This document shows, piece by piece, positions 39,319-47,036 of a stretch of 64,000 nucleotides of DNA. The notes beneath the pieces are model-generated. The model was given only the letters and a program-made list of their open reading frames with translations. It ran no database searches and was not told where the DNA came from. Numbering within the stretch: position 1 is the stretch's first letter; each line of letters begins with the position of its first letter. A program made the translations under genes and the position numbers. Source of the DNA: Candidatus Binatia bacterium (GTDB lineage Bacteria; Desulfobacterota; Binatia; UBA9968; JAJDTQ01); assembly GCA_951813575.1 (NCBI GenBank), contig OX638375.1, positions 3,882,752-3,946,751 on the forward strand. Reading direction: 5' to 3'.

Positions 39319-39966
39319 ATGACGAGCAGCGAATTCGTTCAGGAGTTGCGGGACAAGGTGAAAGCGTTCTGCGCCACCCTCGACGACCGGCCGCCGGCCT
39401 ACAGCTACGTTCCGCTGAGCACCGACGAGGAGCGTGTCCGGGTCATGAAGAGCCGGCTGTGGAACGAGCTTCGGGCCGCGGATCTTTTCGGCGGCTGGCT
39501 CAGGACCACGCCGGAGTTCGAGGTCAAGACCATGATGGCGCGGTCCGCCCACGAGGAGATGGTGCACGCCGGGCTTCTGTCGGCGCGCATCCGGGAGCTG
39601 GGTGCGGACCCCTTCGACTACCGCCCGCTGCCGGCGCAGATGTCCATGTTCAGCGCCATGGAGGGGCTTCGGGACAGTTGCCAGCGGTTGGCCGGCTTCT
39701 CCATGGGCGGTGAGGGAATCGCCAACTACCTCATCGAGAAGTGCTTGGCCGCGCCCTCGGTCCCCGACTGGATCAAGGCCCCGTACAAGCGCATCCTGGC
39801 CGACGAGGAGGGTCACGGCACCGGCCCCGAGGGAATCCTGGAGCGTTACGCCACCACCCCGGAGCTCCAGGACGCCACCCGCCGGGCCGTGGCCATGCGC
39901 CTGGTGCTTATGCGGGAGTACCTCGCCAGCCTGGACCGGTGGGCCATGAACGAGTCGGAATGGTAG
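39319..39966 (+). CDS. Ferritin-like diiron-carboxylate protein (putative oxygenase component)
   Basis: GGGAGG RBS. Two ExxH motifs (HEEMVHAG, ADEEGHG) separated by ~100 aa. Confidence 0.4.
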   Translation: MTSSEFVQELRDKVKAFCATLDDRPPAYSYVPLSTDEERVRVMKSRLWNELRAADLFGGWLRTTPEFEVKTMMARSAHEEMVHAGLLSARIRELGADPFDYRPLPAQMSMFSAMEGLRDSCQRLAGFSMGGEGIANYLIEKCLAAPSVPDWIKAPYKRILADEEGHGTGPEGILERYATTPELQDATRRAVAMRLVLMREYLASLDRWAMNESEW

Positions 39967-40091
39967 TGGGTCGAAACCTGGGCAGGGTGAATTTCGCGCG
40001 GGCGCGATTCTTGACGGCTAAAGACCGGTAATGCTAGACGCTAGAGTAGGTGCGCGAGAATGTTCGAAATGTTCACAAGGGGGTAGATCAA

Positions 40092-41153
40092 ATGGCCGAT
40101 AACGGAACACTGCCGGGCTGTGAAGTCATTGTCTCGTCGGACTCCCACGTCATGGAGCCGTCGGAGATTCTGGTGGAAAGGGCTCCCAAGGCCTACAGGG
40201 ACCAGGTGCCGCGCTTTCCGCAGTTGAAGTTGGGGGAGAGCTTTCAGACCCAACCGGGCGGATCGGATCCGGACAAGCGCATCACCGAGATGGAAACCGA
40301 CGGGGTGAGCGCGGAGGTGCTGTTTCCGACCTATCTGCTGCCACACTTCGCCATGGACGACGCCAAGCTCCAGGAGGTCTCGTTCAGCGCCTACAACGAC
40401 TGGGTGGTGGAGTACTCCTCGGTGGCGCCCAACCGGCTCGTGGGTGTCGCGGCCATCTCCATGTACGACATCGATCACGCGGTGAAGGAACTCGAGCGCT
40501 GCGCCAAGCAGGGACTCAAGGGCTCGCTCATCTGGCAGGCACCGCACGCGGACCTGCCGTTCCACTCCGACCACTACGAGAAGTTTTGGGCGGCGTCCGC
40601 GGACCTCGAGCTTCCGGTGCACCTGCACATCCTCACCGGCCACGGCTACCACAAGAAGACCGTGTTCGGTAACCAGCGCATCGGCGTCGAGCCCTACCGC
40701 GGCAGCGTCAACCTGAAGCTCCAGGAGATCATCAACGCGGTCTTCGACTTCATCTTCTACGGCATCATGGAGCGCCATCCCAAGCTCAAGTTCGTGTGCG
40801 TGGAGAACGAGATCGGCTGGATGCCCTTCATGCTGCAGCAGTGGGACTACTACTGGAACCGGTTCAAGGGGGAGAACCCCATCTCCATCACCAAGAACCC
40901 CAGTGAGTACTTCAGCGAGCAGTTCTTCGGCACGTTCTTCCGCGACACGGTCGCCGGGCACAACTTCGAGTGGTGGGGCCAGGACAACTGCATGTGGTCC
41001 AACGACTACCCGCACGCCAACTCCACCTGGCCGGACTCCAAGAAGTACATCGACCGCGACCTGGGGCACCTGCCGGCGGACATACGGAAGAAGCTGGTCT
41101 ACACCAACGTCAGGAATCTCTACCAGCTCGATCTCCCCGATCCGGTCCAATAG
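40092..41153 (+). CDS. Amidohydrolase-2 family protein (ACMSD/LigW/IDCase-type metal-dependent hydrolase or decarboxylase)
   Basis: AAGGGGGT RBS. VSSDSHVMEP N-terminal metal-binding motif. HxH and D ligands of PF04909-type enzymes. Confidence 0.8.
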   Translation: MADNGTLPGCEVIVSSDSHVMEPSEILVERAPKAYRDQVPRFPQLKLGESFQTQPGGSDPDKRITEMETDGVSAEVLFPTYLLPHFAMDDAKLQEVSFSAYNDWVVEYSSVAPNRLVGVAAISMYDIDHAVKELERCAKQGLKGSLIWQAPHADLPFHSDHYEKFWAASADLELPVHLHILTGHGYHKKTVFGNQRIGVEPYRGSVNLKLQEIINAVFDFIFYGIMERHPKLKFVCVENEIGWMPFMLQQWDYYWNRFKGENPISITKNPSEYFSEQFFGTFFRDTVAGHNFEWWGQDNCMWSNDYPHANSTWPDSKKYIDRDLGHLPADIRKKLVYTNVRNLYQLDLPDPVQ

Positions 41154-41166
41154 TCCGAGGGTTCGA

Positions 41167-41200
41167 AAGCCGCCCGCCTCCGGGCGGCTTTCCTTTTTCC
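41167..41200 (+). terminator. Rho-independent terminator
   Basis: AAGCCGCCCG-CCTC-CGGGCGGCTT followed by TCCTTTTTCC. Confidence 0.55.
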
Positions 41201-41273
41201 GCGGGGATGCGCGACGGAGGCGGGCAGGCTCATCGCGGTGCCCGCAAAGTACCTTGCGTAAAGGGGCAAGCTC

Positions 41274-42392
41274 ATGGCTAGGAACGGTTTTAAAGTACTC
41301 GACAGCGACATGCATATCATGGAACCCCCGGATCTGTGGCATCGGTACATGGCGCCGGAGTTTCAGGCACAGGCTCCGCTGGGGCGCACGTCCGAGAACG
41401 TTCGGGACCTGGGGCTGAGCTTCCCCGACAAGGCGGCTGAAGTGCGCCGCACCGGCACGGAGGAGCATCGTGGCCGCAATTACGAACAGAAACAGAACGT
41501 CTTCCGTGACCACTCCGAAAGGGGCTGGACCGGCGAGGTGCAGCTCGAGGCCATGGACGTGGAGGGCATCGACGCCGCGGTGCTGTTTCCGACCCGGGGC
41601 CTCCATGTGCTCACCTTTCCGGGACACACGCCGCACTTCGCCGCGGCTTTGGCGCGCGCCTACAACGACTGGCTCCACGACTTTTGCCGCGCCGACCCGG
41701 ACCGGCTGTTCGGCGCGGGCATGATCTCGGTCTACGACATCAACGACGCGGTGGAGGAGATTCACCGGGTGGTGGGCGAGTACGGCTTCCGCACGGTCTT
41801 CCTGAGGTCCAACATCGTCAACGGCAAACCCCTGCACGACCCGTACTACGAGCCCCTGTGGAATACCCTGGAGGAATTGGGCCTTCCCATCGGGTTCCAC
41901 GAAGCCACCACTTCCCGCGCGGCCCAGGCCGGCGAGCAGTTCGAGCCCAACTTCGGCCTGAGGCGCGTCTATTCCCAGCCCTTGGAGCAGATGATGGGGC
42001 TCGGGAGCTTTGTTGGCGGCGGCGTGCTCGCGCGTCATCCCAGGCTCCGGGTGGCATTCCTGGAAGCCAACTGCTCGTGGCTGCCGTGGCTTCTCTGGCG
42101 CTTCGACGAGGGTTACGAGCGGGAGGGCGACGTCTACATGCCCGATCTGGACCGGAAACCGAGCGACTACTTCAAGGACCAATGCTGGATTTCCATCGAG
42201 CCGGACGAGACCCCGGCGCGGTTCACCATCGAGGAGTTCGGCTGCGACCAGCTCGTCTTTTCCACCGACTATCCCCACGGCGACTCCAAGTATCCCCACG
42301 CCGTGGAAGGATTCCTGGAACTGGATCTGTCCGATGAGGCAAAGCGCAAGATCCTGTGGGACAATTGCGCACGGTTTTATGGTTTTGAATAG
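41274..42392 (+). CDS. Amidohydrolase-2 family protein (second ACMSD-type paralog)
   Basis: 372 aa. VLDSDMHIMEP N-terminal motif. HE...DYPHGD C-terminal motif. Confidence 0.8.
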   Translation: MARNGFKVLDSDMHIMEPPDLWHRYMAPEFQAQAPLGRTSENVRDLGLSFPDKAAEVRRTGTEEHRGRNYEQKQNVFRDHSERGWTGEVQLEAMDVEGIDAAVLFPTRGLHVLTFPGHTPHFAAALARAYNDWLHDFCRADPDRLFGAGMISVYDINDAVEEIHRVVGEYGFRTVFLRSNIVNGKPLHDPYYEPLWNTLEELGLPIGFHEATTSRAAQAGEQFEPNFGLRRVYSQPLEQMMGLGSFVGGGVLARHPRLRVAFLEANCSWLPWLLWRFDEGYEREGDVYMPDLDRKPSDYFKDQCWISIEPDETPARFTIEEFGCDQLVFSTDYPHGDSKYPHAVEGFLELDLSDEAKRKILWDNCARFYGFE

Positions 42393-42422
42393 TCAGGATT
42401 TCCCGATTTGAAGGAGGGCGCG

Positions 42423-43256
42423 ATGGCGAGACCCCAAGAAGCGGCGCAGCCGGAAACCATTCAGGGCGTGGTCAATTACCTTATAAAAGACACCGAGGCC
42501 CCCGCGAGCTACGGCGGCATGAGCCAGAAGGAGGCCGACCGCAAGCGCCGGGGCAACTACGAGAGCCACGCGGTCACGATCCACAACGCGCGGCTCCTGG
42601 CCGATGAGCTTTCGCTGGAGCGCCAGGGTTTCGTGCTGGTGCGGCACGACACCCTGATGAAGGACTTCTATGACGAAGAAGAGGTACGCACGGTCTACTA
42701 CAAGGAGACCGAGGAGTTGGTGAAGCGTGCCTCGGGGGCGAAGCGCGTGGTGGTGTTCGATCACACGCTGCGCTCGGGCGACGAGGCCACGCGGGAGGCG
42801 AAGCAGGTGGGCGGCCCGGTGCGCGGCGCCCACAACGACTACACGGACTGGTCGGGGCCGCAGCGGGTGCGCGACATCCTGCCGGACGAAGCCGAGGAGC
42901 TGCTCAAGGGCCGGTTCGGCGTGATACAGACCTGGCGGCCCATCAACCGCCCGGTGATACGGGATCCCCTGGCCATCTGCGACGCGCTCAGCACCGGCAT
43001 GGAAGGCGCCATCCCCACCGCGCGCATCTACCCGGACCGGCGCGGCGAGACGCTCCACTACACCTTCAATCCCAACCATTACTGGTACTACTTCCCGCAC
43101 ATGGAACGTCACGAGGCCGTGGTGTTCAAGACCTTCGAGTCCGAGAAGGACGGCCGTGCCCGCTGGACCCTGCACTGCGCCTTCGACGACCCCGACACGC
43201 CTCCGGATGCTCCGGCCCGCGAGAGCATCGAGATGCGCACTCTGGCATTCTTCTAG
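42423..43256 (+). CDS. CmcJ/NvfI-family oxidoreductase-like protein (putative non-heme iron hydroxylase)
   Basis: AGGAGG RBS before the ATG at 42423. HND (HxD) and downstream His candidates. Family assignment from memory only. Confidence 0.35.
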   Translation: MARPQEAAQPETIQGVVNYLIKDTEAPASYGGMSQKEADRKRRGNYESHAVTIHNARLLADELSLERQGFVLVRHDTLMKDFYDEEEVRTVYYKETEELVKRASGAKRVVVFDHTLRSGDEATREAKQVGGPVRGAHNDYTDWSGPQRVRDILPDEAEELLKGRFGVIQTWRPINRPVIRDPLAICDALSTGMEGAIPTARIYPDRRGETLHYTFNPNHYWYYFPHMERHEAVVFKTFESEKDGRARWTLHCAFDDPDTPPDAPARESIEMRTLAFF

Positions 43257-43265
43257 GAGATTTTC

Positions 43266-44741
43266 ATGAGCAACTTCGACGTGGTGGAAACCACCATCGA
43301 CGCGGTCCACAAGGCGTACGAATCGGGGCAGCTGACTCCGCGGGACCTGGTGCAGGCCTACATCGACCGGATCGAGGCCTACGACAAGAAGGGCCCGGCC
43401 CTCAACTGCATCATCACGGTCAACCCCGCCGCCCTGGAGGAAGCCGACCGGCTCGGCGCCTCGCCCCTGACCGGACCGCTTCACGGCATACCCATCGTCT
43501 TCAAGGACCAGGGCGACGCCAAGGGGATGCCCACCACCCTGGGGAGCGTGCTGTTCAAGGATTACTACCCCGACCGCGACTGTTTCGTGGTGGAACAGCT
43601 CAAGAAGGCCGGCGCCATCATCCTGGCCAAGGCCACCCTGGGGGAGTTGGGCGGCGGCGACACCCACGGCTCGCTGTTCGGCTCCAGCCGCAATCCCTAT
43701 GACGTCGAGCGCACGGTGGGGGGCTCCTCCGGCGGCTCCGGCGGCGCCGTGTCCGCCAACTTCGCCACGGTGGCGGTGGGGCAGGAGGGTTACGCCTCCA
43801 TCCGCCGTCCCTCCACCTGGAACTGCGTCGCCGGCATGCGCCCCACTCCGGGGCTCGTGAGCCGGGGCGGCGTGTACGACGGCTGGCCGGACATGACCGG
43901 TTCGCTGGGCCCCATGTGCCGCACGGTGGGCGACATGGCGCGGCTGCTGGACGCGATGGTGGGCTACGACCCCGAGGACCCGGTGACCGCCCGGGGCGTG
44001 GGGCACGTACCCCCGAGCTATACCGACTTCCTGGACGCCAACGGCCTCAAGGGCGCCCGTCTCGGGATCCTGCGCGAGCCCATGGGATACATGGCGGAGC
44101 CGGACACCGACGACTTCCGGCAGATTACCGAAGTGTTCGACAAGGCCGTGGCGGACCTTCAGGCCGCCGGCGCCGAGGTGGTGGATCCGGTGGAGATACC
44201 GCAGCTCAACGAGCTGCTGGCCAAGCGGTCCTGGAACCCCGCCAACGCTGACGCGGCCTTCAAGCTGTACTACGGCCGCAGCGCCAAACGGCCCTTCGAA
44301 TCGCGCCAGGAAGCCATCGATTCCCCGGACTTCGCCAAGGTCCACTACAACGCCCAGAACCGCTGGAAGGCGCCCCTGGACGCGGACAAGCACTACGAGT
44401 ACCTGCTGGCCCGCGAGAAGCTCATGGGCAACCTGCTGAAGGTCATGGCCGACCACCGGCTGGACGCCATCGTGCACAAGTCGGTGGAACACCAGCCCAC
44501 GCTCATCACCGAGGGTATCAAGCCGCCCTGGGTCAACATGAGGGGGGTGCCCCACATCAACACGTTCCTGATCTTCGTCTCGTCGGTGGTGGTGCCCGGG
44601 GGCTTTACCCGGGACGACCTGCCGGCCGGGATCACCTTTCTCGGACGGCCCTACGACGACGGCCGCATGATCAAGTTCGCCTACGCCTACGAGCAGGCCA
44701 CGAACCACCGCAAGCCGCCGGCCACCACGCCCGCGCTGTGA
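43266..44741 (+). CDS. Amidase (amidase-signature family)
   Basis: GGSSGGSGGAVSANF signature. Ser-cisSer-Lys context. 491 aa. Confidence 0.85.
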   Translation: MSNFDVVETTIDAVHKAYESGQLTPRDLVQAYIDRIEAYDKKGPALNCIITVNPAALEEADRLGASPLTGPLHGIPIVFKDQGDAKGMPTTLGSVLFKDYYPDRDCFVVEQLKKAGAIILAKATLGELGGGDTHGSLFGSSRNPYDVERTVGGSSGGSGGAVSANFATVAVGQEGYASIRRPSTWNCVAGMRPTPGLVSRGGVYDGWPDMTGSLGPMCRTVGDMARLLDAMVGYDPEDPVTARGVGHVPPSYTDFLDANGLKGARLGILREPMGYMAEPDTDDFRQITEVFDKAVADLQAAGAEVVDPVEIPQLNELLAKRSWNPANADAAFKLYYGRSAKRPFESRQEAIDSPDFAKVHYNAQNRWKAPLDADKHYEYLLAREKLMGNLLKVMADHRLDAIVHKSVEHQPTLITEGIKPPWVNMRGVPHINTFLIFVSSVVVPGGFTRDDLPAGITFLGRPYDDGRMIKFAYAYEQATNHRKPPATTPAL

Positions 44742-44764
44742 CCGCCGTGCAGGACGTCTCATGC

Positions 44765-45120
44765 CGTCATTCCCGCTCCTCCTCCGGCATTCCGCATCGC
44801 CCTCCGTCATTCCCGCTCCTCCTCCGTCATTCCCGCTCCTCCTCCGTCATTCCCGCGAAAGCGGGAATCCAGGAGGGGTGGGGCGGGGAGCCGCGTGCCC
44901 ATCTCCCCCCTCCTGGATTCCCGCTTTCGCGGGAACGACGGAGGGCCTGGATTCCCGCTTTCGCGGGAACGACGGAGGGCCTGGATTCCCGCTTTCGCGG
45001 GAACGACGGAGGGCCTGGATTCCCGTGTTCGCGGGAAATGACGGAGGGCCTGGATTCCCGTGTTCGCGGGAAATGACGGAGGGGTGTGCGGGGGAGTGAC
45101 AGGACGGGGAGACATGGCGG
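44765..45120. repeat. Composite palindromic repeat element, family 2 (22-bp tandem x3-4 / left arm / loop / right arm / 34-bp tandem x5)
   Basis: Arms CGTCATTCCCGCGAAAGCGGGAATCCAGGAGGGG and CCCCTCCTGGATTCCCGCTTTCGCGGGAACGACGG. Tandem unit GGAGGGCCTGGATTCCCGCTTTCGCGGGAACGAC. Confidence 0.7.
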
Positions 45121-45157
45121 TCGTTAGTTGTTTCAAGGCAACGGGAAAGGACTGAGG

Positions 45158-45712
45158 ATGCCCCGCATACCCGAGCTCACCGAACGGGAGGCCATACCGG
45201 AGGACCAGCGCCACCACTACGACTCCATCATGGCCAGCCGGAAGCGAATCGGAGCGCCCTACGCCAACCTGCTCCACTGCCCGGACCTGGCCGCCCGCAC
45301 GGCGCATCTGGTGGGATATTCGCTGCATACCTCGGATTTTCCGCTGAAGGAGAAGGAACTGGTCATCTGCACGGTGGCGCGGGAGATGGACTGTGTCTAC
45401 GAGTGGGCCGCCCACTCGGGCCACGCCCTGGAAGCCGGGGTACGGGAGGAGGCGGTGGCGGCCATCCGTGACGGCACCGCTCCCGAGGGCCTCGACGAGG
45501 ACGAGGCGCCGTTCGTGAAGTACGTACAGGAACTGCTCCGGCCGCCGCACCGCGTCACCGAGGCGACCTTTCAGGCACTGCGGGAGCGCCTGGGGGACCA
45601 CCGGCTGGCCGAGCTCACGGGCATCGTCGGGGGTTACGTGGGCCTTGCCTGCTCCCTCAACGCGTTCGATATCGGCGCGCCCGAAGGCATGCCGGTCCTT
45701 CCCAAGGAGTGA
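45158..45712 (+). CDS. Carboxymuconolactone decarboxylase (AhpD-like) family protein
   Basis: ~185 aa. CxxxH-type core (…CTVAREMDCVYEWAAHSGHAL…). Confidence 0.65.
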   Translation: MPRIPELTEREAIPEDQRHHYDSIMASRKRIGAPYANLLHCPDLAARTAHLVGYSLHTSDFPLKEKELVICTVAREMDCVYEWAAHSGHALEAGVREEAVAAIRDGTAPEGLDEDEAPFVKYVQELLRPPHRVTEATFQALRERLGDHRLAELTGIVGGYVGLACSLNAFDIGAPEGMPVLPKE

Positions 45713-45717
45713 ACACG

Positions 45718-46773
45718 GTGCCCGTAGCCTACCGCGCGCCCGAGTTCGACGCCGCTGCCCGGAGCGGCATACCCGTGCTGGAAGTCGGCGACTTTCTTGC
45801 CGGTGTTGCCGGCGCCCGGGAACGGTTGGCGGCCGAGTTGCGCCGTGCCCTCGAGCACGTGGGTTTCTACTACATCCACGGCCACGACGTACCCCAGGCC
45901 CTCATCGACGGCGTCTTTGCCGAGTGCGCCCGTTTCCACGCCCGGCCCCTGGCCGAGAAGATGGCGGTGCGCGGCAACGAGCACAACGTGGGATACATGC
46001 CGGTGAACGGCTACGTGTCCCGGAGCTCCCGGGTGGAGAAGGCCACGCGGCCCAACTTCGTCGAGGCGTACTTCCTAAAGCGGGACCTGCCCCAGGACCA
46101 TCCGGACGTGGTGGCGAACGTGCGCTACCGCTGCGCCAACCCCTGGCCCGACCCTCGCGTCCTGCCGGGGTTCCGTGAGACGGTGGTGGCCTATCTCGAC
46201 GCCGTGGAACGGCTCTGCAAGCGCATGCTGCCGCTCTACGCGGCCGCGCTGGATCTTTCGCCGGACTACTTCGACGCGGCCTTCGCCGAACCCCAGTACA
46301 CCCTGAGGATGTCGCACTACCCGCCGGCCGAGCACGGCGACGCGGACCAGTACGGGCTGGCGCCGCACACGGACTCGAGCTTCCTCACCATGTTGCCGCA
46401 GTCGGAGCTGCCCGGTCTGGCCATCCGCATGCCATCGGGCGAGTGGACCGATGCGCCGGCGGCGCCCGGCACCTTTCTGGTCAATTCCGGCGACATGCTG
46501 CGCCGGTGGACCAACCACCGGTTCCTGTCCACCCAGCACCGGGTGGTGAACCGCAACGCGGGACGGGACCGCTACGCCATCCCGTTCTTCTTCGACGCGA
46601 CCCACGATTTCGCCATGGAGTGCCTGCCCACATGCCAGGGGCCGGACAACCCGCCCCGCTACGAGCCCACCACCTACGGCGAGTACATGCGCTGGTTCGC
46701 GCGGCAGTATGACCATGTGCGGGATCGCGACCGCCATGAGCCCGAAGACCCGGGCGTGCCCACGGTCGGATAG
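45718..46773 (+). CDS. 2OG-Fe(II) oxygenase (isopenicillin-N-synthase-like family)
   Basis: HTDSSFLT (HxD) and FLSTQHRV second His. N-terminal non-heme dioxygenase domain. AAGGAG RBS 8 nt before GTG 45718. Confidence 0.75.
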   Translation: MPVAYRAPEFDAAARSGIPVLEVGDFLAGVAGARERLAAELRRALEHVGFYYIHGHDVPQALIDGVFAECARFHARPLAEKMAVRGNEHNVGYMPVNGYVSRSSRVEKATRPNFVEAYFLKRDLPQDHPDVVANVRYRCANPWPDPRVLPGFRETVVAYLDAVERLCKRMLPLYAAALDLSPDYFDAAFAEPQYTLRMSHYPPAEHGDADQYGLAPHTDSSFLTMLPQSELPGLAIRMPSGEWTDAPAAPGTFLVNSGDMLRRWTNHRFLSTQHRVVNRNAGRDRYAIPFFFDATHDFAMECLPTCQGPDNPPRYEPTTYGEYMRWFARQYDHVRDRDRHEPEDPGVPTVG

Positions 46774-47036
46774 TTCGCGGACCGGACACCGAGCGTCAAT
46801 ATTAAGACAAGATGTCAATTTGGTAACAGGTTCTGTGGAAAAACCCTGTGTATATCTCCTGAAGGCGAGCGAAATGGCCCTGTTCATCCGGGATTCAGCG
46901 GATTGCATCATTTTTGCGCACTGATTTTTCGTGGAAAACCGAATAGTTGCGAAGATTGGGTTTCGGTGGACCTCGGGGGTACGCGGCGCCGGCCGGACGG
47001 CCGATTTGCCGCTAAGTTATTGATTTCCAATAGACT

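Noticed and set aside
41160-41200. tRNA-like GGTTCGAAAGCC sequence
   Set aside because: It is part of a simple stem-loop followed by a T-tract (terminator). No cloverleaf, anticodon arm or CCA context can be built.
45709-45717. Upstream GTG (45709) as start of the 2OG oxygenase, and TTG 42408 as start of the CmcJ-like gene
   Set aside because: In both cases the Shine-Dalgarno (AAGGAG / AGGAGG) overlaps or follows the upstream candidate and is correctly spaced for the next in-frame start (45718 GTG; 42423 ATG).
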